A stretch of DNA of 64,000 nt from Macrostomum lignano (GCA_002269645.1 NIVC01000426.1:434001-498000), one strand, 5' to 3'. Positions 11,801-24,068 are shown, counted from the stretch's first letter. Translations and numbers: made by a program. The notes: generated by a model not told the origin, from the letters alone.

Positions 11801-14800
11801 TGCCGCAGCTTACCCCTAGAGACGGGGGGGAGGGCAGCGGGGCGTTCTTCATCCGCTTCCCTCGGAGCTTCTCTATCTCTTTCTTCCTTTCTCTCTCTTT
11901 AGCCTCTGCTGCTCGGGTCGGGTCGGTTGGCCGGGAGGGGGGGACATGCCAAAGCTTTAGAAGCAGATGCAGAGTAGAGATGCAGCATTTTCGCAGGATG
12001 CTGCTGGGGACACTCACTCCCCCACCCCACACCCTGCCCGCCGAACTCAATCAACTCTCTTCGCCCCATCCCTTATAGCTACTCGCTAATAAGGCGTTTG
12101 GCTTATCGAACGAATATTCGCTCACTCTGTCTGCCCGACTCTTCTTCAGTTAGCTTCCTCCGCAACCCCGCAGTCATAAAGCACGCACAATGTCGCAGCT
12201 CCAACACGCTCTTCTTCCTGCTTCTGTCACGCCTTAACATTTGCCCCGCTTCCTGCTTGAGGACCAACTGATTGACTGACTGCTAACTCATTTGAGAAAT
12301 TTTCCCAAACCGAATTAGGCATTGAAATTGTTATTATCGATTGATCGCTACGCTGCGGGTCTTTTTAAGCGTATTGGGGGCATTGATTTTTATCGATTCT
12401 CTGGGTCCCCGCCTGGCAGAATTCCTTCGGGTAGAATTTATCTATTGAATGTTTGTTGATTGGAATCTGGAATTGGAAATTACTGCCCGGCTCTGTATCT
12501 TCTGTTCTGTCCGGTTCTCTGTATCTTCTGTTCTGTCCGGTTCTGTATCTTCTGTTCTGTCCGGTTCTCTGTATCTTCTGTTCTGTCCGGTTCTCTGTAT
12601 CTTCTTTTCCGTCCGGTTCTCTGTATCTTCTTTTCCGTCCGGTTCTCTGTATCTTCTGTTCTGTCCGGTTCTCTGTATCTTCTGTTCTGTCCGGTTCTCT
12701 GTATCTTCTTTTCCGTCCGGTTCTCTGTATCTTCTGTTCTGTCCGGTTCTCTGTATCTTCTTTTCCGTCCGGTTCTCTGTATCTTCTGTTCTGTCCGGTT
12801 CTCTGTATATTTGTTCTGTCCGGTTCTCTGTATCTTCTGTTCTGTCCGGTTCTCTGTATCTTCTTTTCCGTCCGGTTCTCTGTATCTTCTGTTCTGTCCG
12901 GTTCTCTGTATCTTCTTTTCCGTCCGGTTCTCTGTATCTTCTGTTCTGTCCGGTTCTCTGTATCTTTGTTCTGTCCGGTTCTCTGTATCTTCTGTTCTGT
13001 CCGGTTCTCTGTATCTTCTTTTCCGTCCGGTTCTCTGTATCTTCTGTTCTGTCCGGTTCTCTGTATCTTCTTTTCCGTCCGGTTCTCTGTATCTTCTGTT
13101 CTGTCCGGTTCTCTGTATCTTTGTTCTGTCCGGTTCTCTGTATCTTCTGTTCTGTCCGGTTCTCTGTATCTTCTGTTCTGTCCGGTTCTCTGTATCTTCT
13201 TTTCCGTCCGGTTCTCTGTATCTTCTGTTCTGTCCGGTTCTCTGTATCTTCTGTTCTGTCCGGTTCTCTGTATCTTCTGTTCTGTCCGGTTCTCTGTATC
13301 TTCTGTTCTGTCCGGTTCTCTGTATCTTCTGTTCTGTCCGGTTCTGTGTCTTCTGTTCTGTCCGGTTCTCTGTATCTGCTGTTCTGTCCGGTTCTCTGTA
13401 TCTTCTTTTCCGTCTGGTTCTCTGTATCTTCTGTTCTGTCCGGTTCTCTGTATCTGCTGTTCTGTCCGGTTCTCTGTATTTTCTGTTCTGTCCGGTTCTC
13501 TGTATCTTCTTTTCCGTCCGGTTCTCTGTATCTTCTGTTCTGTCCGGTTCTCTGTATCTTCTGTTCTGTCCGGTTCTCTGTATCTTCTGTTCTGTCCGGT
13601 TCTCTGTATCTTCTGTTCTGTCCGGTTCTCTGTATCTTCTGTTCTGTCCGGTTCTCTGTATCTTCTGTTCTGTCCGGTTCTCTGTATCTTCTTTTCCGTC
13701 CGGTTCTCTGTATCTTCTGTTCTGTCCGGTTCTCTGTATCTTCTGTTCTGTCCGGTTCTCTGTATCTTCTGTTCTGTCCGGTTCTCTGTATCTTCTGTTC
13801 TGTCCGGTTCTGCATCTTCTGTTCTGTCCGGTTCTCTGTATCTTCTTTTCCGTCCGGTTCTCTGTATCTTCTGTTCTGTCCGGTTCTCTGTATCTTCTGT
13901 TCTGTCCGGTTCTCTGTATCTTCTTTTCCGTCCGGTTCTCTGTATCTTCTGTTCTGTCTGGTTCTCTGTATCTTCTGTTCTGTCCGGTTCTGTGTATCTT
14001 TTGTTCTGTCTGGTTCTCTGTATCTTCTGTTCTGTCCGTTTCTGCATCTGCTTTTCTGTCCGGTTCTGCATCTTCTGTTCTGTCCGGTTCTGTGTCTTCT
14101 GTTCTGTCCGGTTCTGCATCTTCTGTTCTGTCCGGTTCTGTATCTGCTGTTCTGTTCTGATTGTTAACCTACTTAAATTTCAAAGCAAAGCCCCCCTGCT
14201 TTCTGTACAGGTCCATCAATTCTGGCCACTAATTGAAATTGGCTGCAGCCAAGATCTGCGCTTCTTCCTATGCAGCATCTATGCACCGATTTGCATTCAA
14301 AACTACGACAAACACCTGCCCGTCTGTCGGTCAGTCTGCGAGAGGGCCAGGAGCGGCTGCGCGCCCCTCATGCGGCAATACGGGTTCAGCTGGCCTGAGC
14401 ACATGGACTGCTCCAGACTGCCTGGTAAGCGGTGCTGGTACAGGGTACTCGCATCTGGTACAGGGTACTCGCATCTGGTACAGGGTACTCGCATCTGGTA
14501 CAGGGTACTCGCATCTGGTACAGGGTACTCGCATCTGGTACAGGGTACTCGCATCTGGTACAGGGTACTCGCATCTAGTACAGGGTACTCGCATCTGGTA
14601 CAGGGTACTCGCATCTGGTACAGGGTACTCGCATCTGGTACAGGGTACTCGCATCTGGTACAGGGTACTCACATCTGGTACAGGGTACTCGCATCTGGTA
14701 CAGGGTACTCACATCTGGTACAGGGTACTCGCATCTAGTACAGGGTACTCGCATCTGGTACAGGGTACTCGCATCTGGTACAGGGTACTCGCATCTGGTA

Positions 14801-17800
14801 CAGGGTACTCGCATCTGGTACAGGGTACTCACATCTGGTACAGGGTACTCGCATCTGGTACAGGGTACTCGCATCTGGTACAGGGTACTCGCAGCTGGTA
14901 CAGGGTACCCTCGCATCTGGTACAGAGTAGAAAGTATTAGTATCTTGTACAGATGGAAAGCACTCGATCTCCTAGTAGACGAGCACAGCGGACAGGTACA
15001 AAAATCTAAGAAGGAAGTCGGAATTCGAAGAACTCAGAAAGGAAGGACGCGAGAATCCGCCAGCACGCACGAAAATCCCAGTGAAGAGCCTGAAGCCTCT
15101 CCTCTCCCCGCCTCCGTTCTTCATCATATTCTACTCTCGCTTGCCTCCTTTCAATCATCTCTCAGCCATGCAGCTGGGGGCAGACTTTACTGCAGGTCTC
15201 AGGCCGCACTCACCTGCTAATGCAGCGGTTCAGAGGGGGGAGAGAATCGAGTGCAAGCTCATGGCAAAATGCTCTGCTTGGGCGTGGCCTCGCGGGGAAG
15301 TCGGGATTAAAGAGACACGCTAAAAGATGGCGGCCTCCGCCTCCGAGGGCACGGGGAGGAAAGGAGAGGGTGGGAGGAAGCGAGTCGCATGGCGAAGGGG
15401 CGAGCTTAGATGAAGGCGAGAAAAGCTTTGGCTTTTTAACAGAGGGCGGAGAGAGGAATTGTTGTGCGCTCTCTCTCTGTGTATTTTTTCAATTCGCAAA
15501 TATCCCAAATTCCCTCTAAGCCTAGCCTCAGAGCAGCCTCTCTGTTTGTTCCTCATCATCCCTAAACACGCGAGACAGGCAGGCCGGGATGAGGGAGGGC
15601 GAGGACGCGTGGGATCTCGGGGAAGGTGGGAGCAGCGCGGGCGCCAGGAGGGATGAGAAGGGGAAGCGAGGGCGGAGGGGAAAGTGACAAAAATGAGTTT
15701 GTCACTCTGCCAGCTTTGATGAGGTGGCTGACGGGCAGGCGGGGCAGCTTTGGGGAGGGAAACATCCCATCGAGCCTGTCTAATCCCCGTCATCCTCTCG
15801 TCCGCTTTCAAGCCCGACTTTCGGTAGGCAGGTAGGAAATTAGTTTTGACGAATTGAATGTCAGCGACTGTCAGGACAAGCCGGAACTGACCGACAGGTC
15901 AGTCTGTTGGAGCTGATAAATCACACTTTCATAAATCATGGAAGCTTGGTAAAAGTGACGAGGCAGTTTCGAGTATGAAGGCAGTGAGTATTAAGCAGTG
16001 GCGGACCCAGACTGGGTCAAAGTAGATCAGCTGAACACTGATCTACATTAGAATATTTGCACCTGGCATAAAATTTTAGTGGTAAATAATAATATTTAAA
16101 CAGCACGAGATGTCCGAGCTCACGGGGAGGGGGTCGTTGAAATTCTGTGGCTCATGGGGGGTTGAAATGCCAAAGGATCAATTGAAAGTTGTTGGTAGAC
16201 CGAGCAAAGGTAGATCGAAGGGAGAGTTAGGGTTAAGCCATGGCTTAAAGGGAAGCTTTGATGCCAATGCTCACAGGGGATGCTGATATCTTAGGCTAGA
16301 TAGCTGGACTTCAATGGTGATGATTTTTTGCTTAAAGCATGATTTTCTTTAGGATACTAACAATAGTGACTGTACAAGGTCAAATGCTACTTGTATAGTT
16401 TATTCAAACATTTTCATTCCTTTCTTTGTTGCCTCCCCCAACGGGGGGGGCGGTGATTGCTAGTCCATTATACTAAAATCGTTATCTACATTCTACTATT
16501 AGAAATTGGCACTAACTGAAGAGAAACTAGAATTAGGAAAGGGGCATAGCAGGAAGGCAGGGTAGGGTAGCCATGCCGACCATCCGGCGTGGAGTATGCT
16601 TGAGACTGAGGAGAAAAAAGCGGTAGCCCACGGCGTCTTTCCGCTTCTTCGTCTGCTGCTTCTGCTGCTCCTGCTGCTGAACCTCTTCTGCCCTGGCGCT
16701 GCATTAAAAGCTCTGCACTCAAAATGTTTCCAGGTTGAAGCGGGGAGGGGAAGGGGCGGTTTAAAAATATGAGAAGCCAAAGATGATGCCCGATGATGAC
16801 TAAGAAGCTGAGCCGAAGGAAGGGGCGGGAAGAATTTTAGACTTGAGAGGAAGTAAGAGAGGGGGAGATGAAGAGAGAAAGAAGTTTCTCTACGCACGCA
16901 ATTTTCTCCCGTAGAGCTTGAGTGGGCAAAATTTGGGGAAAGAATTTCCCACCTTTCTCAATTGAGTAGAATCACTCATCCCTTGGCCTTGTCGCGGGGT
17001 TGCCAGGGCGACGGCTCTAGGGGCTATGGCTTCGGGAATGTGGGGAGACTGAAGATGATGAGGCGGGCGGAGGCTGGTCCGGGGCGAGCTCAGGTGAGAG
17101 AGGCGGTGATGTGACGATTTTTTCGATCGATTTTTTGCAGCAATTTTGTCGAACCTCTTCTTCTTCTTCTTACTGCTTATCGACCTTCCTCTCTCCACCC
17201 TCTCTCTCTGTTCCACCCACCTTCTCTTTCTTGTTTCTAGAAATGCTCCGTGCCCGATCCCTATCTCAGCGGACTCACGGCTGCCCGGCTCATTAGCGCG
17301 AATCCTTCCCTCATCCCCCCTGCTGCTCCTCCAGCTTCCCTTGAAATCCCAAACTGCCCCTGCAGGGTGAACACGGAATGAGATCGGCTTACCTTGTGCA
17401 ACCCCCCTCCCCCCGCGGCTCGGGGTCTCTTCCTCTTGCTTGTCTGCCTCTTCGGCGCTTTTTCTATACCTTTCTTCTGGTTTTTTTGCAAGTCTATCGA
17501 TTGAATCCTGCGCAGGCTTGAGGGACCCAGCTACCTGCCGACGGCTCCCAGCTAGAGCACAAAGAGACCTCAAAAACTGGGTAATTCTATCTCAAATCTT
17601 GCTTAGCTTCATCATATAACTGGATTCATATCTCGTTCGGCAATCTTTTCTCTGATTCTCCAATTTTGTTTCATGGAGTCTGGACCTGTCTCTCCATCAA
17701 TCGGGGCTTCTGCTGCTCGTCCCGCTCTTTTTTAGTCGTCTCAAATTCAGTTCGCGAGCGGCCCCTAATGGTTTCGGATCTGGAAATCGGGGGTCGAGTT

Positions 17801-19806
17801 GCTGCTGTTACTGCCGCTAAATGCAGGTCACGTGCTGGCGTATCTGTCAATCTTGATAGATAAAATTAATTTAGTGTAAAAATTTTTAGCCATGTAACTT
17901 ATTTTTCTATAAGACTCAAGTACCGTACTAGTCTACTAACCCGTTGTTAGTAGTATAGAGGGTTTAAATATTCAAATTCGTGTCAAAAAGTTACAGAGTC
18001 CTAGGTTTCGTGTAGGAATTGGATTTTTCTATAGCGCGGATCTCTCTCCATCGAATTTGTCTATGGCTAAATCCCATTCAACGCCATGAGTTCTCTAGTA
18101 GAGCAAACTAAAATGCACCAGCGATGCCACAAATCGATATTCCTATCGGGTCTCCAGCTCATTTCTAAGAAAATCGAGTGTTTCGGCCTACGAATTGTCT
18201 AGCTATACACTTTTTGAAGATACGAGCTTTCCAGCTAGTAAAAGATTCTGTTTTTAGATGTCAAATTTCCAGTTTATTATGAAACTATTCTTGGATGAGA
18301 AATCAATAAATGAATCAATGAAACCCGCAGTATTCGGCGATCCGGACATCCTGTGCATGGACGTCAACAACACGCAGCAGAGCAGCAGCAAGACTCCGGA
18401 GCCGCTGTCCTCCGATCCGACTCTGCCGCCGGCTGATCCGGATTCGCCGTCGTCAACGTTCGGCATTGAATGCGACTGCAAGTGCCGCAAGCCGTTGGTG
18501 ACGCTCACCGAGGCGGATCAGGGCTACTATAATCGGGTGCACACTGGTGGAGTTGACAATTGCGCTCTGCCCTGCGAGGGCGCCTTCTTCGCCGACAGGT
18601 CGCAGCTGGCCACCGTCTGGATGGGCATCTGGTCGATTCTGTGCGCGGCCAGTTCAACCCTGACTGTGCTCACCTTCCTGCTGGACACCAGACGGTTCAG
18701 CTATCCTGAGCGGCCCATCGTGATGATGTCCGCCTGCTACATGATGGTGTCAGCTGGCTACATCCTGCGACTGGCCGTCGGGCGGGATGCCATCGCTTGC
18801 GATGGTCGACTGTTGCGCTACGGCTCCACCGGGCCCTGGTTGTGCACCGTGGTGTTCCTGCTGACCTACTTGTTCGGCATGGCCAGCTGCGTGTGGTGGG
18901 TCATGCTGTGCGTGGCCTGGTTCCTGGCGGCCGGGCTCAAGTGGGGCAGCGAGGCCATCGCCAAATACAGCGAGGTTTGTCGCATCTTATCTGAGTGTGC
19001 TTCTGTGTATCTGAGTGTGTTGCTGTGTATCTGAGGGTGTTGTTGTGTATTTGAGTGTGTTGCTGGGCTCACTAGGTCCATGTAAATAATGGTAATTACA
19101 ATATACAAAACAAAAACAAAACTCCTTCAAACAGGTGTTCCACGGCATTGCCTGGCTCCTGCCCATCGTGCAGTTCATCCTGGCTCTCACCTTCTCATTG
19201 GTTGACGGCGATCCAATATCCGGCATCTGCTCCGTCGGGAACACCAGCCTCACAGCTCTGCAGGTGTTCGTGCTGGCTCCCATGGTGACCTACCTGTTAC
19301 TGGGCAGCGCCTTCCTGCTCACCGGCTTTGTGGCGCTATTCCGCATCCGTTCTGTGATCAAGCAGCAGGCCTGCGCCAAGACCTACAAGCTGGAGAAGCT
19401 GATGATCCGCATCGGGATCTTCTCCATCCTGTACACCCTGCCAGCCTGCGTGGTGATCGCCTGCCATTTCTACGAAGCCCAGCTGCGCGAGGCCTGGCTG
19501 AGAGGCAAAACCTGCCGCTGCCTCGGCCAGAACCAGGCGCCGGCTCCGGAGCCAGAGTACGGCGTGTTCATGCTGCGCCAGTTCATGCAGCTGGCCGTTG
19601 GCATCACCAGCGGTGTGTGGGTCTGGTCTGGCAAGACTCTGCACACTTGGCGCTCGTTTTTCTACCGCCTGTTTTGCTGTCAGCCGCGCGCGATGCACTC
19701 TGCAGATCCGAGGCCGTATTATAAATTCAATGTGGCTCCGGGACACCCGCCTCTGCCGCCGCTGCCGCCGCTGCCACCAATGCCGGGTCACATGTCGCAG
19801 GTGTGA
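8874..19806 (+). CDS. fzd5/8: Frizzled 5/8-class Wnt receptor, ~609 aa; join(8874-9173,14211-14424,18331-18974,19135-19806)
   Basis: Signal peptide MSRQLLLLGLLLALV; CRD CQPITIPVCQGIGYNYTFMPN...EAGIS|VHQFWPLIEIGCS; 7TM with RRFSYPERPI and KLEKLMIRIG; KTLHTW (KTxxxW) and C-terminal SQV as in FZD8. All introns GT-AG with consistent phases (0,1,0); 1830 nt. Confidence 0.95.
9280..9530. repeat. Second, more degenerate array of the same 33-bp unit, in frizzled intron 1
   Basis: TCTCACTCTATGGTAACCTGTCTTGTGTCTACC copies in the same orientation as 8455-8818. Confidence 0.9.
10984..11458. repeat. 23-bp minisatellite GGCGATTTAGACACTGAATTAGG, frizzled intron 1
   Basis: ~20 tandem copies. Confidence 0.95.
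12488..14158. repeat. 26-bp pyrimidine-rich minisatellite GTTCTCTGTATCTTCTGTTCTGTCCG, ~64 copies, frizzled intron 1
   Basis: Stop-free unit explains five overlapping long ORFs; ends ~50 nt before the exon 2 acceptor. Confidence 0.98.
14435..14925. repeat. 20-bp minisatellite CTGGTACAGGGTACTCGCAT, ~24 copies, frizzled intron 2
   Basis: Starts ~10 nt after the GT donor at 14425. Confidence 0.97.
18995..19065. repeat. Short ~20-bp repeat TGTGTATCTGAGTGTGTTGC, frizzled intron 3
   Basis: 3-4 imperfect copies in a 160-nt intron. Confidence 0.7.
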
Positions 19807-19946
19807 ATGCGATGGTGTTGGCATTTCTGCTGCTTTTTTGTGTACCCGACACAGAAACTGACTGGAGTTCTGCCATTAAGTTCGGCTGAAGCCGTCTTAT
19901 CATTGATTTGTACTTTTGCTAGCGTTCTCACGGTGTGTTTGCAACA

Positions 19947-20340
19947 ACTGAGGGAGCGGAGAGGCAGATTCAAGGACACTGAGGGAGCGGAGAGGCAGAT
20001 TCAAGGACACTGAGGGAGCGGAGAAGCAGATTCAAGGACACTGAGGGAGCGGAGAGGCAGATTCAAGGACACTGAGGGAGCGGAGAGGCAGATTCAAGGA
20101 CACTGAAGGAGCGGAGAGGCAGATTCAAGGACACTGAAGGAGCGGAGAGGCAGATTCAAGGACACTGAGGGAGCGGAGAGGCAGATTCAAGGACACTGAA
20201 GGAGCGGAGAGGCAGATTCAAGGACACTGAGGGAGCGGAGAGGCAGATTCAAGGACACTGAGGGAGCGGAGAGGCAGATTCAAGGACACTGAAGGAGCGG
20301 AGAGGCAGATTCAAGGACACTGAGGGAGCGGTAAGGCAGA
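19947..20340. repeat. 31-bp minisatellite GAGGGAGCGGAGAGGCAGATTCAAGGACACT downstream of frizzled stop
   Basis: ~12 copies. Confidence 0.96.
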
Positions 20341-21254
20341 TCAAGTGACTCTAGGCTAATAACCAAGATGAGAACGGACATAACTTAGCGTTAATATGCA
20401 CCATGACTGAACAAATTAATATCTGAAAACTTCACATATTATCATGCAGTACCAAGATTTTTTTCTAAAAAACACTGTTGCGTCTAAAGAAAATGAATTC
20501 TCAGAAAAGCTACCGAATTTTTAACCTCACTGTTGTCAAGCGGTTCTTGTTAAACGAATTAACCATTGCAGTGACAATCTAGCTATCTGTCGAATATTCA
20601 AACCTACGTTTAACATAACTGTTCAATATTGATGATGTAACAATATCGCTTATATCAAAGCAACACTTGCCACCTCACTCTTTCAACACCCGTGTGCGAG
20701 AGAGTGCAAATTTAAACTTTTTTTACACGATGTTTGCACTACTTTCAGCAATATCCATAGCTTTTGTTGCGTATTTTGTAATTATAATTGTTTCTATATT
20801 CTATCTCTATGTGGTCCATACAAATGTTCGAGCTTAAAAAAGCAATTTTTTTGCGTTTTCCTTTGTTTTCAATTCATTATTTCCAAGAACCAGTAACTTG
20901 CCTCCACACTCGTCACCCTATGCGAACTAATTTTGCCGATTGAGCTAAACCCCTATGTTTTGTTTATGTGTACAAAATACTGTACTTGCATTACAGTTGT
21001 GAGTCGCAACTTTTGTCTTAGATTATTAATTTCCAAACCCATGCGAACTTGCAAACCGTGCAGCACTTTTCTGTCTGACAGTTCACTGCAGTTCTACGTG
21101 TACATGACTACAATTTTTGTGTTAACCTTGCACCTGAACAATTTATTGGTCTATTTGAACGAATCTCAATACAGTCGCACGGACACTGCACTGACATTCA
21201 AATGTTCAGTTTTGGTTTATTTTCGTTTGGAATAGCGATCCGATTTCAAGCTGA

Positions 21255-21480
21255 AACTGGTGATCTGCATGGGAGGTTGGCCCAGCAACTGAGGATCTGG
21301 GAGGCTGGCCCAGCAACTAGGGATCTGGGAGGCTGGCCCAGCAACTGAGAATCTGGGAGGCTGGACCAGCAACTGAGGATCTGGGAGGCTGGACCAGCAA
21401 CTGAGGATCTGGAAGGTTGGCCCAGCAACTGATGATCTGGGAGGCTGGCCCAGCAACTGCGGATCTGGGAGACTGGAAAC
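21255..21480. repeat. 28-bp minisatellite GGAGGCTGGCCCAGCAACTGAGGATCTG
   Basis: ~8 copies; GATCTG at 21294 and 21322. Confidence 0.93.
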
Positions 21481-22034
21481 CAAACTTATGAGGCTGCAAG
21501 CGAATTTGAGCATGAGGAGGGCCTATAATTAAGTATTGCGAAAAAATGAAGAAGCACATTCCTGCTCCATTTTGCACATCATAGCAAAGATTATAATTTT
21601 CAGCAATGTAATAATTTCAGTGCACTTGCTTCATTCACAATTCAACTTTGGCAGCATTTATTGCAATGGTACTTCAGACAAAAAAATCATCTCAAAAACT
21701 AAGCCTGTTGAGCAGAGACATTCGAGTTGTAGATCTCAAACAGTTTCACTGAATATGGAGCTCGCGTTGCAAAGAAATGAAATTCGGCAAATTAACTACA
21801 CGAATGACAACCCATACTACAAATATGCAGTTCCTGAAGACTCTCTTAAACACAGTATAAAATTTGATACAAAGACATCATTTTACAATACTGGCACACA
21901 ATCAGCTGAAGCTTAAAACAAACGCAATCGCTCGTATTTACAATTATGCTTTGATTAAATCTTTTTACTAGTTTATTCTCAGCATTATAACTTTACAAGT
22001 TGTTTTCTAAAATTCACCACCAAAAGGGTAGCAG

Positions 22035-22720
22035 CAGCCACTGAAGGAGCGGGGGGCAGGTCACCACAGCCCTGAAGGAGCGGGGGGCAGGTCACCACAG
22101 CCCTGAAGGAGCGGGGGGCAGGTCACCACAGCCCTGAAGGAGCGGGGGGCAGGTCACAACAGCCCTGAAGGAGCGGGGGGCAGGTCACAACAGCCCTGAA
22201 GGAGCGGGGGGCAGGTCACAACAGCCCTGAAGGAGCGGGGGCAGATCACAGCAGCCCTGAAGGAGCGGGGGGCAGGTCACAACAGCCCTGAAGGAGCGGG
22301 GGGCAGGTCACAACAGCCCTGAAGGAGCGGGGGGCAGGTCACAACAGCCCTGAAGGAGCGGGGGCAGATCACAGCAGCCCTGAAGGAGCGGGGGGCAGGT
22401 CACAACAGCCACTGAAGGAGCGGGGGCAGGGACAGCAGCAGCCACTGAAGCAGCGGGGACAGGGACAGCAGCAGTCACTGAAGGAGCGGGGACAGGGACA
22501 GCAGCAGTCACTGAAGCAGCAGCGACAGGGACAGCAGCAGTCACTGAAGCAGCGGGGACAGGGACAGCAGCAGTCACTGAAGCAGCGGGGACAGGGACAG
22601 CAGCAGTCACTGAAGCAGCGGGGACAGGGACAGCAGCAGTCACTGAAGGAGCGGGGACAGGGACAGCAGCAGTCACTGAAGCAGCGGGGACAGGGACAGC
22701 AGCAGCCACTGAAGCAGCGG
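22035..22720. repeat. Compound minisatellite: 31-bp CCTGAAGGAGCGGGGGGCAGGTCACAACAGC grading into 33-bp GCAGCAGTCACTGAAGCAGCGGGGACAGGGACA
   Basis: Two related unit types meeting near 22430; source of the AAVPVPAASVT ORF. Confidence 0.95.
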
Positions 22721-22796
22721 AGGCCAGTTAATTTGCTAGTTTAGATTGCGTTGTCAAAGCCAGGCACAGAGCAAACGTCAATGCCAGATTTTACCA

Positions 22797-24068
22797 TTAC
22801 AGACGCGATTTATCAACAGAGACGAAGCTGCCTGCCAGTCGGACCGGGCGGCCGCTGATCCAGGCGTAGCTGACCGCGTGCTCCAGCCGCTGCTCGGCCA
22901 ATGCGATTCGACTGGCATCGGCTAGTCGGACAAAGATAAGCATGCCGCAGTTGAGCACCCGCCGAAATTGAGCCCGGACAGTTGGCCGGCCAGCCAGTAG
23001 GTGGCCGAGAGTGGCTGGTCGACCGGCCGCCAGCACCCGGCCAAACAAGGGACAACGGCAGGCGCTGTCGCTTCGCGGTTGAACGGCCAGCTCGACGGCC
23101 AACGGAGCGTCGGTGAGCGGCGAATCGACCCCCGCCACCGACCCAGGCAGCAGCGACCGGCGTATGACGCTTTTCGTGCCCTTGTACGGTTGCCATGACA
23201 ACCGGTCTGCTCTGAGGGCGGGGCGGCTGCGGCTCGGCCGGCCAATCAAGCGCCAAGGCGACCAGACGAGCTCATCTAGCGGCGCTGGGAGACTGAGCCC
23301 TGTGCAGGACTCTCTGGCAACCCGGACAGCTGTCTGAGTTTTCCTGTCAACTGGCGTCTCCGATGCATCTCCGAATTCCTCGTCGTCAAGGATGACGGTC
23401 TCGGCCGAGGCGCGCCTCACCAGCGACAACATCCCGACGGCTTCGCAGTGGGGCGAGCGCCGGGACCGGACCTCGCACTCGTAGGCGTATTGAAGGCGAC
23501 TGCTGCCGCTGGCTCGGTAGGCCGCGGCGGTCAAGAAGTCTGGCAGGTCGCGCAGCTCAGCCAGCTGCAGGCAGAGGCCGCCGGTTTCATTCGCCAGGTG
23601 TCGCATGAAGGTCAAGCTGCAGCAGCTGTCAGCTGACTGCGCAGGCGGGCCGCAGTGCACAGAATAGACGGCGACGCCGAGCTGCTTCAGCTGAGGAACC
23701 GCAGAGGAGTCGTGGCTGACGGGCTGGTCAACGAGGACGAGAGCGCGCGAGCTGCCTTGGCGCCAGGAGATCTTTTCGACCGCCAACTTCAGCAGTTGCT
23801 CGGTGCGGCCCCGTGGCAGAGCGCAGTCGCCTGTACCGGGCAATTGGCTGGTCAAAAACTGAGCCAGGACTTCGGATGCTGCTCCGAGATTCTGGTATCT
23901 AGTGGTGACGATGACTGCTAGTTGACTGTTGGGAATGTCGCCTGATAGGCGAGGAAAAATTTTTGCAACCTCGACAAGAATTCGGTTGTCAAGGGCGCAT
24001 CCGTAGGAGTCGAATAGCTGGATTGTATTGAATGCAAACACAAGGTCTACTGGCTTGGCTGCTGCCAT
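22797..24068 (-). CDS. Uncharacterised 423-aa protein: degenerate vWA domain plus ET/HRT-type GIY-YIG-like C-terminal domain; CDS intronless
   Basis: Non-repetitive GC-rich ORF. vWA-like motifs PVDLVFAF, SWRQGSSRALVLV, LGVAVYSV, LANETGG; C-terminal WSPWRLIG...VELAV...GMLIFVR...AEQRL...SYAW. Possible 5'UTR exon with GTAAG donor at 24224 (-). Confidence 0.75.
   Translation of the reverse strand: MAAAKPVDLVFAFNTIQLFDSYGCALDNRILVEVAKIFPRLSGDIPNSQLAVIVTTRYQNLGAASEVLAQFLTSQLPGTGDCALPRGRTEQLLKLAVEKISWRQGSSRALVLVDQPVSHDSSAVPQLKQLGVAVYSVHCGPPAQSADSCCSLTFMRHLANETGGLCLQLAELRDLPDFLTAAAYRASGSSRLQYAYECEVRSRRSPHCEAVGMLSLVRRASAETVILDDEEFGDASETPVDRKTQTAVRVARESCTGLSLPAPLDELVWSPWRLIGRPSRSRPALRADRLSWQPYKGTKSVIRRSLLPGSVAGVDSPLTDAPLAVELAVQPRSDSACRCPLFGRVLAAGRPATLGHLLAGRPTVRAQFRRVLNCGMLIFVRLADASRIALAEQRLEHAVSYAWISGRPVRLAGSFVSVDKSRL

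Noticed and set aside
12365-14940. Several 450-760-aa ORFs on both strands
   Set aside because: The stop-free 26- and 20-mers are open in most frames; only 14211-14424 is real frizzled exon.
8100-16270. CTTTGAT (TCF/LEF) sites near frizzled at about 8110, 15715, 16256
   Set aside because: The number is near chance for a 7-mer and copies also occur elsewhere in the window.
16890-17573. 227-aa minus-strand ORF in frizzled intron 2
   Set aside because: Low-complexity purine-rich translation, antisense, no recognisable domain.
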